This document shows positions 27,313-37,726 of a stretch of DNA of 64,000 nt, one piece after another (the stretch's first letter is position 1; each line of letters begins with the position of its first letter). Source of the stretch: Lachnospiraceae bacterium HCP1S3_C2. Its GTDB lineage: Bacteria > Bacillota > Clostridia > Lachnospirales > Lachnospiraceae. The stretch lies in assembly GCA_052066835.1 (NCBI GenBank), contig JBQHRJ010000002.1; one strand, 5' to 3'. The translations under genes and the position numbers were made by a program. The notes under the pieces were generated by a model. The model saw only the letters and a list, made by a program, of their open reading frames with translations, made no database searches and had not been told where the DNA came from.

Positions 27313-28089
27313 ATGGATAATAAACTTTATATTTTGATTATAGAAGATGATAATGATGCATGCGCCAGACTTGAAAAATGTATAGATGCAAACGAATCAA
27401 TGTATATAGCAGGTATCACCGGCAGTTCAACTGAAGGGCTTAAATGTATTACTAACTGTCGCCCGAATGTTGTCATACTTGACCTTGAACTCATGTATGG
27501 TGAAGGCGACGGAATATCTTTTCTAAAAGACTTAAAAGCCCTCAATCCTTCAGTATTTCCGTTTATAATAGTGACTACCAACAATCCGAGTACATCTATT
27601 CATGAGCTTACAAGATCTCTCGGTGTTGACTATATTATGTATAAGCATCAAAAAGGATATTCAGAACAGTCTGTCATAGACTTTCTTGATATAACTAAAG
27701 ATTTCATAGTGAACAATCATAAACCGGATGAATGTGCAGAAGTTCCTGAGATTGAACATAAAAAGAAGCTTTCTCTTGCAGTTAAAAATGAACTTAACAG
27801 ACTCGGTGTGAGTCCTAAATTAATAGGCTATACATACCTGTATGAAGGAATTCTTATTCTTCTTGAAGATAACACAAGCAATGTATTTAATATTCTTTCA
27901 GGCAAATACCACAAATCCATTCAGAGCATACAACGTTCAATGCAGACCGCAATTAATAAGACATGGGCAGTATCAAGCATATCAACACTTGAAAAATATT
28001 ACACAAACCGAATACGTCCGGATAAAGGAGCACCTACAGTAATGGAATTTATACATTACTATAGAAACCAGTTATCTGACAACATTTAA
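27313..28089 (+). CDS. Spo0A-like response regulator (receiver + divergent Spo0A_C DNA-binding domain)
   Basis: 258 aa. Receiver domain (LIIEDDND...VVILDLELMYGEGDG). The C-terminus aligns to Spo0A_C (GVSPKLIGYTYLYEGI ... SIQRSMQTAINKTW ... APTVMEFI vs Spo0A GVPAHIKGYLYLREAI...RVERAIRHAIEVAW...KPTNSEFI). Confidence 0.65.
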   Translation: MDNKLYILIIEDDNDACARLEKCIDANESMYIAGITGSSTEGLKCITNCRPNVVILDLELMYGEGDGISFLKDLKALNPSVFPFIIVTTNNPSTSIHELTRSLGVDYIMYKHQKGYSEQSVIDFLDITKDFIVNNHKPDECAEVPEIEHKKKLSLAVKNELNRLGVSPKLIGYTYLYEGILILLEDNTSNVFNILSGKYHKSIQSIQRSMQTAINKTWAVSSISTLEKYYTNRIRPDKGAPTVMEFIHYYRNQLSDNI

Positions 28090-28097
28090 AAGCATAA

Positions 28098-28140
28098 AAA
28101 AATAAGAATGTCTAAATGATACGACATTCTTATTTTTTTA
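28098..28140. terminator. Bidirectional terminator between convergent genes
   Basis: aaaaaaatAAGAATGTCtaaatgataCGACATTCTTattttttt. Confidence 0.65.
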
Positions 28141-28168
28141 ATCTCATGCATCAGCATGATATTTCATA

Positions 28169-29596
28169 CTATACTACAAAGAAGAATTTCACAAGGAATA
28201 TAGCTGATATAACATAAGTAAGTATTGAAACATCCTTAGCCTTACCTGTGAATACCTTGATAACCGTATATGAAATTAATCCCAAACCGATACCATGTCC
28301 TATAGAACCTGATATAGGCATCGCAATCAACATAAGTGCAACAGGCACTGTCTGACACATATCGTCAAAGTCAATCTTTTTAAGACCGCTAATCATAAGG
28401 ATTCCAACATATATAAGTGCTGCTGATGTAGCCGGTGCCGGAATAATGGCTGCTATCGGTGCAATAAACATACATGCAAGGAAAAGCACACCTGTAACTA
28501 ATGCTGTAAGTCCTGTACGTCCACCTGCCTCAACACCTGATGCAGATTCAACGAATGTTGTAACTGTTGAAGTTCCTGTAACAGATCCTGCAACTGTACC
28601 GATGGCATCTGAGATTAATGCCTGTTTCATATTCAGCATTTCACCATTCTCATCTACCATACCTGCTCTTGAAGCAGTACCCACAAGCGTACCGATTGTA
28701 TCAAACATATCAATAATGCAGAACGTGATTACCAGTGTAACAGCTGTAAACCACCCAATCTCAATGAATCCTTTAAAATTAAATTTAAATAATGTTGTGT
28801 CAACCATGTCCTTAAAAGGTGGGATAAATGAAGCTGTCTTTAATGACGCAAACGGATTTGTGTCAAGAAAAATTGCTTCTCCTGCCCAATATATAACACA
28901 TGATACAAGCATTCCAAGTAAAACTGATCCTTTTACTTTCTTGCTGTCAAGAATAATTATTACAAAAAGACCGATAAGCATTGTCACAACAGCAAGTACC
29001 ATTGCTGAGTAACCTGAACCCATTGTATCTTTTGCAAGTCCCGGTGTTAATGCACCAAAGAAATCTTTCATCACATAGAAAGGACCGCCTTCTTCACTGT
29101 AAACACCTGCATTAGAACCTAAACCAATGTTCATAAGCATAAGACCGATTGCCGGTGCAATACCGAGTCTTACTCCTAAAGGAATCGCCTGAACAATTTT
29201 CTCTCGTATATTAAGTACTGAGAGAATAAGAAATACAATACCTTCTATAAGGATAATACAAAGTCCTGCCTGAAAAGAAGCAGTATATGATAATCCTGTA
29301 ATCGAAACTATATTTCCTATAACAACAGCAAAAAAGCTGTTAAGACCCATGCCCGGTGCAAGAGCAAAAGGTTTGTTGGCAAGGAATGCCATAGCAAACA
29401 TACCGATTGCCGAAGCAATACATGTTGCAAGGAACACACCGTTCCATAATTTAGTTCCACCATTAGCGCCAAAACCTGTAAGCAGATTAGGATTCAATGC
29501 AATGATATATGCCATTGTCATGAATGTTGTAAGACCTGCTACTATTTCGGTACGGACTGTGGTACCATTCTCTTTGAGTTTAAATAGTTTTTCCAT
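28169..29596 (-). CDS. Purine (guanine/hypoxanthine) permease, NCS2/AzgA-PbuG-like
   Basis: 475 aa. About 12 TM segments. N-terminus MEKLFKLKENGTTVRTEIVAGLTTFMTMAYIIALNP is typical of PbuG/AzgA permeases. Confidence 0.75.
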   Translation of the reverse strand: MEKLFKLKENGTTVRTEIVAGLTTFMTMAYIIALNPNLLTGFGANGGTKLWNGVFLATCIASAIGMFAMAFLANKPFALAPGMGLNSFFAVVIGNIVSITGLSYTASFQAGLCIILIEGIVFLILSVLNIREKIVQAIPLGVRLGIAPAIGLMLMNIGLGSNAGVYSEEGGPFYVMKDFFGALTPGLAKDTMGSGYSAMVLAVVTMLIGLFVIIILDSKKVKGSVLLGMLVSCVIYWAGEAIFLDTNPFASLKTASFIPPFKDMVDTTLFKFNFKGFIEIGWFTAVTLVITFCIIDMFDTIGTLVGTASRAGMVDENGEMLNMKQALISDAIGTVAGSVTGTSTVTTFVESASGVEAGGRTGLTALVTGVLFLACMFIAPIAAIIPAPATSAALIYVGILMISGLKKIDFDDMCQTVPVALMLIAMPISGSIGHGIGLGLISYTVIKVFTGKAKDVSILTYVISAIFLVKFFFVV

Positions 29597-29808
29597 CTCT
29601 TCCTCCTTGGATTATAAAATACATATTGCATTCTATCACATATTTATCCGTAAAAGCAACAGGTTTACTCAGTTTTGATGATAATTACTTTCATATCTTA
29701 ACATTTCCCTCACATATTCCTTAATCTTTAAATAAGTAGTCTTTTCTTGTGATGTGTGTAATTACTCTCTTCATCTGGCTCCATTTCACCCTCAACCTTA
29801 ATTATATC

Positions 29809-31206
29809 TTATTTGAGGGATAATTTGGCTACCGTCTCTACATTTGCCGTCTGCGGGAACATATCCACCGCACACACCTTTTCAACCTTATATCCTCTCT
29901 CCTGTAACACAACGAGATCTCTTGCAAGGCTTGTCGGCTTACATGAAACATACACCATCTTATTTACGCCATAATCGATAATTTTCTGTAATGCCTTAGG
30001 ATGTATTCCGTCACGCGGCGGGTCGAGTATGATAAGGTCCGGCTTTTCTTCTATCTCATCAAGTACCTTAAGCACATCTCCCGCAATAAAGCTGCAATTG
30101 TCAAGATTATTTAACTTTGCGTTTTCCTTCGCTGCTTCTACAGCCTCTTTTACTATCTCAACACCTACCACACTGTCTGCCACCGGTGCCATCATCTGTG
30201 CTATTGTTCCTGTTCCACTGTACAGGTCAAACACTACCTTATTGTTAGTGTCACCTATATATTCCCTTACCTTTCCATACAATTTCTCTGCTCCATATGA
30301 GTTCGTCTGGAAAAATGAAAATGTTGACACCTTAAATTTCAGTCCCAATATCTCCTCGTTTATATAATCACGTCCGTACAGCTGCTCCATTCTGTCACAT
30401 TTAACAGCATCAGATACCTCGTCATTGAATATATGGGATATTCCAACTATTTTTCCCTGAAGTTTAAGATTTAATAACGCTTCAACAAGCGGGGACAAAT
30501 CCACATTCTCCTGAGTCGTTGTCACCAGATTAACTGTCATCTCTCCTGTTGTGGCAGCACGTCTTACCAACAGATGTCTCAGATATCCCTTGTGGGTTAT
30601 CTTGTGAAAATATTCCAGATTCATGCCTTTAAAAAATCCGATAACTGTCTTCAGAACTTCGTTATAATCCTGATTTACAATCATACATTCATCTGTTGTA
30701 ACGATATCATAAAAGCTGTCCTTTTTATGCAGCCCGAGTGCAAGAGGACCATCCTTAAACTCATCTCCAAAAGAATACTCCATTTTATTTCTGTAGCCAA
30801 ATTCATCCGGACTTGCTATTATTCCCTCATATTCATAATCACTCACAACACCATCAACCAGCTTTTTTACAATATCAGATTTGAGTCTTAACTGCTCTTC
30901 ATATCCTAGCTGTTGATAACAGCATCCGCCACATTTTCCGTACTGTGGACAGGGTGCCTCCCTGTTTTCAATTTCTGATTTTGTTATGACATTTATAATT
31001 CTGCCTTCACATTTACCTTTTCTCTTTTTCGTGAGTCGAAATTCTATCTCCTGTCCGGGAACTGCTCCTTTTACAGCCACCCTATATTTCTCACTGACAC
31101 CTTCCGGCGTCTGCTCTGTATATACTACAATTCCTTTGTTTGGAAATTGTACCTCGCTAACTGTTCCTGTGTATATATTACCTTTCTTCATCGTGTCAGT
31201 CTCCAT
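29809..31206 (-). CDS. rlmD: 23S rRNA (uracil-5)-methyltransferase RlmD/RumA-like (TRAM + Fe-S + SAM MTase)
   Basis: 465 aa. N-terminal TRAM domain, a 4-Cys cluster (CPQYGKCGGCCYQQL), and C-terminal MTase motifs (DLYSGTGTI, ILDPPRDG). Confidence 0.8.
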   Translation of the reverse strand: METDTMKKGNIYTGTVSEVQFPNKGIVVYTEQTPEGVSEKYRVAVKGAVPGQEIEFRLTKKRKGKCEGRIINVITKSEIENREAPCPQYGKCGGCCYQQLGYEEQLRLKSDIVKKLVDGVVSDYEYEGIIASPDEFGYRNKMEYSFGDEFKDGPLALGLHKKDSFYDIVTTDECMIVNQDYNEVLKTVIGFFKGMNLEYFHKITHKGYLRHLLVRRAATTGEMTVNLVTTTQENVDLSPLVEALLNLKLQGKIVGISHIFNDEVSDAVKCDRMEQLYGRDYINEEILGLKFKVSTFSFFQTNSYGAEKLYGKVREYIGDTNNKVVFDLYSGTGTIAQMMAPVADSVVGVEIVKEAVEAAKENAKLNNLDNCSFIAGDVLKVLDEIEEKPDLIILDPPRDGIHPKALQKIIDYGVNKMVYVSCKPTSLARDLVVLQERGYKVEKVCAVDMFPQTANVETVAKLSLK

Positions 31207-31273
31207 TTCAAGTAATCAATGTATACACAAAAAGCTGTCGCTATAAGCGGCAGCCTTTATAGTGTACCTGTTA

Positions 31274-31525
31274 TTATTCGTCATCCTCATCGAAGAATTC
31301 GTCATCAAATTCATCTTCGAAATCATCTTCAAAGTCATCCATGTAATCAGGCTTAAGATACTTATATAAACCGTATATAGCAAGTGCTACCACTACAACG
31401 GCACCTACTATAGCCAATATACATTTCACATTACATTTGCTTTCTTCTTTCTTCTCCTGTTTTCTAAGTAACTTATTAAGTTTTTCTCTGTTTTCAAGAC
31501 TTATTAAATTATCTAATCTATCCAT
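31274..31525 (-). CDS. Small membrane protein with poly-acidic C-terminal tail
   Basis: 83 aa. One TM segment (ILAIVGAVVVVALAIYGLY). The tail is DDFEDDFEDEFDDEFFDEDDE. Confidence 0.4.
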   Translation of the reverse strand: MDRLDNLISLENREKLNKLLRKQEKKEESKCNVKCILAIVGAVVVVALAIYGLYKYLKPDYMDDFEDDFEDEFDDEFFDEDDE

Positions 31526-31596
31526 TTTTACACGTTCCTTCCTTCCAAATTAATATAAATTAGTATATCACATAGTGAAAATTTTTACTACTATTT

Positions 31597-33804
31597 TTAT
31601 ATTTTTTTAAGTTTTGCAAATGAAGCAAACATCTTCTTCACTCCGACCTTGTCAAAGTTCACAGTGACTTCATAATCTCTGCCTCCGTCTGCTATTTTAA
31701 CAACCGTTCCCTCGCCGAATTTTATGTGTTTCACTCTGTCACCATTTGTATATTCAAGGTTTGTTGCCTTACTTACTTTAAATTTATTCGCTTCAAACGC
31801 TTTAGCCTTAAATATAGGCTTTGCAGAAGATGTCTGTGTAGGCTTCACGATTCTCTGACGCATCGGATTTTCCGTTATTCTTCCTGTATCCAGCAATTCC
31901 TTTGGGATTTCCTTTACAAATCTTGACACTCTGTTATATTGTGTCTCTCCATGAATCATACGCTGCTTTGCCGCTGATATATGAAGTTTCTCCATGGCAC
32001 GGGTAATGGCAACATAACACAATCGTCTCTCTTCTTCCATATCGGAAGGATCATCAGACATAATCGTCATATATCCCGGAAACAATCCGTCCTCCATACC
32101 GCATAAGAAAACATTAGGGAACTCCAGTCCTTTTGCACTGTGAATTGTCATAAGCACAACATAATCGCTGTTCTCATCCAGACTGTCTATATCTGCTACC
32201 AGTGCAACTTCCTCCAAAAATCCGCTGAGATTCGGTTCTTCCGCTTTCTGTTCATAGTCAGCAGACTTAGATACAAGCTCTTCTATATTCGATATTCTGT
32301 CTAAGGCTTCATCTGTATTTTCAGCCTTAAGTTCTGCTATATATCCTGTATCTTCCAGAATCTCTTCTATAAGTTCTGAAACTGAAATATAATTTTTCTT
32401 GGTTCTGAGTGTTTGTATATAGCCTCCAAAATTTCTCACCTTTTCAGCCGAACGTCCTATATTTGCAATGCAGTATTCATCCTTTATGGCATCATAAAAA
32501 CTGCATCCGTTATAGTCTGCAAATGTCTGTATTTTTTCTATTGTCGTAGCTCCTATTCCACGTTTCGGAATATTTATTATTCGTTTAACTGCAAGATCAT
32601 CCATTCCATTATCAACAGTCTTTAAATATGCAAGAACATCTTTTATCTCTTTTCTCTGATAGAAGTTCACGCCGCCGACTATTTTATATGGAATATTTTT
32701 TCTCATAAATGCTTCCTCAAGAAGTCTCGACTGTGCATTGGTTCTGTAAAGGCATGCACAATCTTTATATGCATGATTATCTTTTACATATTTATCAATC
32801 TCATCCGCAACAAGAATTGCCTCTTCCTGTGCATTATCAAGCATTTTAAATGAAATCTTTTCTCCATCACCGTGATCCGTCCACAGCTTTTTATCTTTTC
32901 GTTCTGTGTTATTTTTTATAACCTCATTTGCAGCATTCAATATAGTCTGAGTCGATCTGTAATTCTGCTCAAGTTTTATAACTCTCGCATCCGAAAATAC
33001 TTTCTCAAAATTCAGGATATTCTTTATATTTGCTCCTCTGAATTTATAGATTGACTGATCATCATCACCGACAACGCAGAGATTCCTGTGTTCACCTGCA
33101 AGCAGACTGATAAATTTAAACTGCACTGTATTGGTATCCTGATACTCGTCAACCATAATATATTTGAATCTGTTTCTGTACTGCTCTAATATGTCCGGAT
33201 TGTTTGTAAATAATTCAACCGTTTTAAACAATAAATCGTCAAAATCAAGTGCATTATTGCTTTTTAACTGTTCCTGATATGATTTATACGCATCTGTCAT
33301 TCTCTTTTTGCTAAAGTCTCCCTGATTCGCAAGGCTATACTGCTCAGGTGACATAAACTCATCTTTGGCTTTTGATATCTGCGAAAGAATGTTTCTTTCT
33401 TTGTATAATTTTGTATCAATATTTAATCGTTTACATACGTCTCTCATAACCGACTTCTGATCGTCGGTGTCATATATGGTAAAATTGTTAGAATAACCAA
33501 GTCGGTCTATATATCTCCTAAGTATTCTCACACATGTTGAATGAAATGTACTTACCCAGATTTGTTCCGAGCCGAAACCTACCAGACTTTCAACTCTTTC
33601 TTTCATTTCACCTGCTGCTTTATTGGTAAATGTTATTGCCATTATGTTCCATGGATTCACGCCTTTTTCTTCTATTAGATATGCTATTCTGTGCGTGAGT
33701 ACTCTTGTTTTGCCGGAACCTGCTCCAGCCAAAATAAGGAGCGGTCCCTCTGTATGAAAAACCGCTTCCTTCTGCATATCATTCAATGTATCATATATGC
33801 TCAT
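31597..33804 (-). CDS. pcrA: ATP-dependent DNA helicase PcrA/UvrD
   Basis: 735 aa. Walker A AGAGSGKT and the UvrD helicase motifs I-VI. Confidence 0.9.
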   Translation of the reverse strand: MSIYDTLNDMQKEAVFHTEGPLLILAGAGSGKTRVLTHRIAYLIEEKGVNPWNIMAITFTNKAAGEMKERVESLVGFGSEQIWVSTFHSTCVRILRRYIDRLGYSNNFTIYDTDDQKSVMRDVCKRLNIDTKLYKERNILSQISKAKDEFMSPEQYSLANQGDFSKKRMTDAYKSYQEQLKSNNALDFDDLLFKTVELFTNNPDILEQYRNRFKYIMVDEYQDTNTVQFKFISLLAGEHRNLCVVGDDDQSIYKFRGANIKNILNFEKVFSDARVIKLEQNYRSTQTILNAANEVIKNNTERKDKKLWTDHGDGEKISFKMLDNAQEEAILVADEIDKYVKDNHAYKDCACLYRTNAQSRLLEEAFMRKNIPYKIVGGVNFYQRKEIKDVLAYLKTVDNGMDDLAVKRIINIPKRGIGATTIEKIQTFADYNGCSFYDAIKDEYCIANIGRSAEKVRNFGGYIQTLRTKKNYISVSELIEEILEDTGYIAELKAENTDEALDRISNIEELVSKSADYEQKAEEPNLSGFLEEVALVADIDSLDENSDYVVLMTIHSAKGLEFPNVFLCGMEDGLFPGYMTIMSDDPSDMEEERRLCYVAITRAMEKLHISAAKQRMIHGETQYNRVSRFVKEIPKELLDTGRITENPMRQRIVKPTQTSSAKPIFKAKAFEANKFKVSKATNLEYTNGDRVKHIKFGEGTVVKIADGGRDYEVTVNFDKVGVKKMFASFAKLKKI

Positions 33805-33823
33805 CTTTTCTTTTCCTTTATGT

Positions 33824-34798
33824 TTATACTAATTTGGTGCCACAGTTAGAACAGAAATTTGCACCGTTTGTCTTTGAACCGCAATTCGGACAGAAGTTCG
33901 GTACGCTTCCATTTCCAGACTGTGCCTGCTGCTGGCCTGATGAAACGTTATTCATTGCCGTCTGCATGGCATTTGTCATCTGCTGTCCCATCATCATTCC
34001 CATCTGCATACCTGCCATGGCATTTGCCGTAGATGATGTTGTATTTCCTTTTGCCATGTTCTCCGTCATAGCCATCTGCATATGTTTATTCATATCGCCC
34101 ATCATACTTTCTGATGCGGCTCTTTCCTGCATCTTTCTGACACTTTCAGGATAACTGAAACTCTCAATATTGAATCCGGTAATAGTTATACCTATCTTTA
34201 CCATTTCCATATCAAGATCATCTTTTATACCTTTTCCTATGTCAAATGAATTTGCCTGAAGGTTAAACATATCTTTTCCTTCTCTTGCTATCCATTTCAT
34301 AAGAAGCTGGTCAACCATGGAGATAACTCTCTCCTTGACATCATCAACAGTGTACTGTTTCTTTACCCCGGCAATTTTTTCTATAAGTGCAAGATAATCG
34401 TCAACCTTACATGTAAATGTACCAAATGCCCTGATTGGCATACCACCCGGCAGATTTGGTGCAGGAATGCTTATTGCATTTTTAGTTCCCCACTTAATAA
34501 GAAATTCTTTTGTATTGATAAACAGTACTTCTGCTCTTATTCCGCTGTTAAATCCGAACTTAAATCCTTTTAAGGTTGATAAAAAAGGTACTATCTGTGA
34601 TTCGATATCAAAGCTTCCTTCATCTTTAAATATACCTTCAATCTTACCATTATACATAAATATGGCATCCTGACCGGCATGTATAATAAGTTTACTTCCT
34701 TTTTTTATCTCATCATTGCTCCACTTCCAAAATATCACATCATCTCTGTGTTCATTCCACTCAATGACATTTGCAAGCTGATTTCCAAATAATCCCAT
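33824..34798 (-). CDS. SPFH (band-7-like) domain protein with C-terminal double zinc ribbon
   Basis: 324 aa. C-terminus is CPNCGSKTNGANFCSNCGTKL. Next to pspA, which is a common pairing. Confidence 0.55.
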   Translation of the reverse strand: MGLFGNQLANVIEWNEHRDDVIFWKWSNDEIKKGSKLIIHAGQDAIFMYNGKIEGIFKDEGSFDIESQIVPFLSTLKGFKFGFNSGIRAEVLFINTKEFLIKWGTKNAISIPAPNLPGGMPIRAFGTFTCKVDDYLALIEKIAGVKKQYTVDDVKERVISMVDQLLMKWIAREGKDMFNLQANSFDIGKGIKDDLDMEMVKIGITITGFNIESFSYPESVRKMQERAASESMMGDMNKHMQMAMTENMAKGNTTSSTANAMAGMQMGMMMGQQMTNAMQTAMNNVSSGQQQAQSGNGSVPNFCPNCGSKTNGANFCSNCGTKLV

Positions 34799-34811
34799 CT
34801 GACTCCTCCTG

Positions 34812-35561
34812 TTAATTTTCCATCTTTGCTTTCAATGCTGCAAGCTCATCATCTACCGAAGATGGAGATGCCTGACTTCCGCCCATTCCCATCTGTGCTT
34901 TTAATGCTGCGAGTTCATCATCTACTGCTGCTGCGCTCTCTGTGTCATACTTACTTGCAAGATTCTCTATATCGCTGTCCTCAGATGAAGTGTTAAGCTC
35001 TGCCATGGCATTTGCCTCATCGAGCATCTTATTGGCCTTTGCTTCCATCCTATCAAATGCTGAGAGATTATTCTGTGCTCCTGTATAGCTTGAACCTATC
35101 TTGCTTATTCTCTCCTGTGCCTTCGCTACTGCCATCTTGGCCTTAATTGAATCTTTTCTTGCGTTTAAATCATTTATATCTTTTACGAGTTTATCATGCA
35201 TCTGTCTCATCTTAGCTGCATTTGCAGCAGATAAATCATATGCCTGCTTAAGTGTTGCCTGTTTTGCAACAAGCTGGTTCTTCTTCTCAAGGAACTGCTT
35301 TGCATCTGAATCGTTTCCTGCCATAACTGCTTTTTCAGCATATTTCTGGAACTTCTCAATATCAGCATTGCACTCATCAAGCTCACGTTTGCTTCTCTGC
35401 TCTTCTGCCATGACAGACGCTGTCTCTGCTTTTACCTTTCCAAGATCACTCTCTAAATTTCTCAAATACTGATCTATCATTTTCTCCGGATTTTCTGCCT
35501 TATCTAAAAGTGCATTGATGTTTGCCGACATAATATCCTTAAATCTTGTCATTATTCCCAT
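34812..35561 (-). CDS. pspA: PspA/IM30 family protein
   Basis: 249 aa, all-helical coiled-coil protein. N-terminal MGIMTRFKDIMSANINALLDKAENPEKMIDQYLRNLE is diagnostic. Confidence 0.85.
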   Translation of the reverse strand: MGIMTRFKDIMSANINALLDKAENPEKMIDQYLRNLESDLGKVKAETASVMAEEQRSKRELDECNADIEKFQKYAEKAVMAGNDSDAKQFLEKKNQLVAKQATLKQAYDLSAANAAKMRQMHDKLVKDINDLNARKDSIKAKMAVAKAQERISKIGSSYTGAQNNLSAFDRMEAKANKMLDEANAMAELNTSSEDSDIENLASKYDTESAAAVDDELAALKAQMGMGGSQASPSSVDDELAALKAKMEN

Positions 35562-35610
35562 TTGTAATTCCTCCTCTTACATGGTAATGAATACCTGAAA
35601 TGATTTTATT

Positions 35611-35733
35611 ATATTAGTGCGTCAAAATGGTGCTTTGCACCAGCCGGACATAATATGTGATATTGCAAGCAAGCTTGCAAATACACATATTTATGCCGGC
35701 TAATCCCCAAAGGGGATTTTTATGCACTAATAT
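35611..35733. repeat. Palindromic/structured intergenic repeat, copy B
   Basis: About 90% identical core to copy A (gcaccagcc..aatatgtgatattgcaagcaagcttgcaaatacacatatttatgccggctaatccccaaaggggattttta). The outer stem has a different sequence but still base-pairs (atattagtgcgtcaaaa / tttttatgcactaatat). Confidence 0.6.
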
Positions 35734-35983
35734 ATAAATTTCAGGAGTTCATTGTCAATATTTTTCTCTAATATTATACTATGCCACACTCAAAAAGTCA
35801 CTATTAATTTAGGATATATTTAGGTGCGATTGCGCAACCGCAACACGCTAATCTCATTACCTTCAGAGCATACAACGTCAAATTTGCTCTTGTCATATAG
35901 TTTTAAATACTATATAATATAAGTTACGAATCTTTCAAGTAAAGTACGCCATATGGCAGAATCGAAAGGAACTGATTAGAATT

Positions 35984-36589
35984 ATGTCAATAGATACAAC
36001 AAAAATAATCCACTCTGTGATGGATAATTTACAGCTTATAAATGCACAGGATATACCGGCAATAGATTTATACATGGACCAGGTAACTACCTTTATGGAA
36101 AAACATTTAAATTCTTCCAAAAGATATGAAACCGACAAAGTTCTCACAAAGACCATGATAAATAACTATGCAAAGAACAAACTTTTACCCCCACCGGAAA
36201 AGAAAAAGTATTCAAAAGAACATGTTCTTATGCTTGTATTTATCTATTACTTTAAAAATATTATGTCAATAAATGACATTAAAACCCTGCTGACTCCAAT
36301 ATCCGATAAATATTTTAATAAAGAAAATGGCTTAACCCTTGAGGATATATATACTGAAGTGTGCGGACTTGAACAGCGTGAAATTGAAAAACTTGGTGAT
36401 GAACTTAAAGGTATTCTCGAGACTTCAAAAACTACATTTACAGATGCTCCAAAGCGTGATCAGGAATTTCTGCAGCTTTTTTCTCTTATATGTACATTAA
36501 GCTATGATGTGTATGTCAAAAAGCAGATGATAGAAGGTCTTATAGATGCCATCTCCGGTGAAACAGGACGTTCTGATAAAGATAAATAA
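35984..36589 (+). CDS. Hypothetical cytoplasmic protein (possibly DUF1836-like)
   Basis: 201-aa ORF with good coding statistics. I did not recognise a catalytic motif. Confidence 0.45.
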   Translation: MSIDTTKIIHSVMDNLQLINAQDIPAIDLYMDQVTTFMEKHLNSSKRYETDKVLTKTMINNYAKNKLLPPPEKKKYSKEHVLMLVFIYYFKNIMSINDIKTLLTPISDKYFNKENGLTLEDIYTEVCGLEQREIEKLGDELKGILETSKTTFTDAPKRDQEFLQLFSLICTLSYDVYVKKQMIEGLIDAISGETGRSDKDK

Positions 36590-36639
36590 AATAAACGGTT
36601 ATAACATAAATGAGACAGGTGTTAAAAACATCTGTCTCA

Positions 36640-36972
36640 TTATTCTACTCTGTTAAATACAATATCATATCCATCATTTCCATAATTCAATGATCTGTTT
36701 ACCCTGCTTATCGTTGCAGTGGAAGCTCCCGTTTTTTCAGCTATGTCATGATATGTTCTCTTATCCTTTAGCATTTTTGCAACAGCAAATCTCTGGGATA
36801 TGGATAAAAGTTCATTAACAGTACATATATCTTCAAAAAAGCGGTAACATTCCTCTTTGTCTTTTAACGTTAATATTGCATCAAATAAATCATCAACTGC
36901 TTCTGTGTGAATCTTATTTGTCATATTTTTTCTCCATTCATCTGACTTTTTATCTATGTAGTATTTTACCAC
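36640..36972 (-). CDS. TrpR-like YerC/YecD family protein
   Basis: 110 aa. GASTATISRVNRSLNYG helix-turn-helix motif typical of this family. Confidence 0.7.
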   Translation of the reverse strand: MVKYYIDKKSDEWRKNMTNKIHTEAVDDLFDAILTLKDKEECYRFFEDICTVNELLSISQRFAVAKMLKDKRTYHDIAEKTGASTATISRVNRSLNYGNDGYDIVFNRVE

Positions 36973-36997
36973 ACTAAAGCGTTGATATCCAGTATTT

Positions 36998-37726
36998 TTA
37001 CTTATATTTATTCAAAAACTTTTTTAATCTTTCCGGATAATAGTTTAATATAAGTTCTCTTGGAAACTCATTTTCTTTAAGAAATTTCATACTTTCAACA
37101 TGGCGTCCCACATTTTCAACGCAATGTGCATCACTATCAATCAAAACCGGATAATCATTTTTTTTGCAAAGCTCTAATATTCTTCTGATATTTTCTCTGG
37201 TATTACCCCTCCAGCATCCCGGCGTGAGTGAATTGTTATTTATCTCTATAATGGTATTATTATTGATTGCTTCTTCTATCACGGCTGAATAATTTAATGG
37301 AATATTGCCATCATCTGGATGGCCTATTATATTAATGTATGGATTTCTTATGGCCCCTATTACCGCAGCTGTATTTTCATCAATATATCCCGGTTCATAT
37401 CCAATACCTGCATGTATGCTCGCTATCACAACATCCATTTTCTTTAAAATACTGTTATCCATATCAACGGTTCCATCATAATCAATTATGTTAAGTTCCA
37501 CACCGTATAATACATCAATCCCCTCAAACTGCTTTTTATTTTCGACCATATCTTCAAAATATTCCATACTGCATGTTCCCGGCATAGTCACAGCATGGTC
37601 AGTTATTCCGTATATCTCAAGACCAGCCTTTTTTGCTGCATCTGCCATCTCCTCTATAGTTCCTGTTGCATGTCCGCTGGCAACTGTATGTGTATGTAAA
37701 TCTGCTTTATAAATATTCCTGCTCAT
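36998..37726 (-). CDS. PHP-domain phosphoesterase
   Basis: 242 aa. N-terminal DLHTHTVASGHA and additional His/Asp metal ligands (GITDHA, IASIHAG, GHPDD). Confidence 0.7.
   Translation of the reverse strand: MSRNIYKADLHTHTVASGHATGTIEEMADAAKKAGLEIYGITDHAVTMPGTCSMEYFEDMVENKKQFEGIDVLYGVELNIIDYDGTVDMDNSILKKMDVVIASIHAGIGYEPGYIDENTAAVIGAIRNPYINIIGHPDDGNIPLNYSAVIEEAINNNTIIEINNNSLTPGCWRGNTRENIRRILELCKKNDYPVLIDSDAHCVENVGRHVESMKFLKENEFPRELILNYYPERLKKFLNKYK

Noticed and set aside
29597-29808. Possible purine riboswitch in the leader of the purine permease gene
   Set aside because: I searched both strands for the GAUAUGG…GUUUCUACC…CCGUAAA blocks. Only scattered fragments in the wrong order are present. 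No call.
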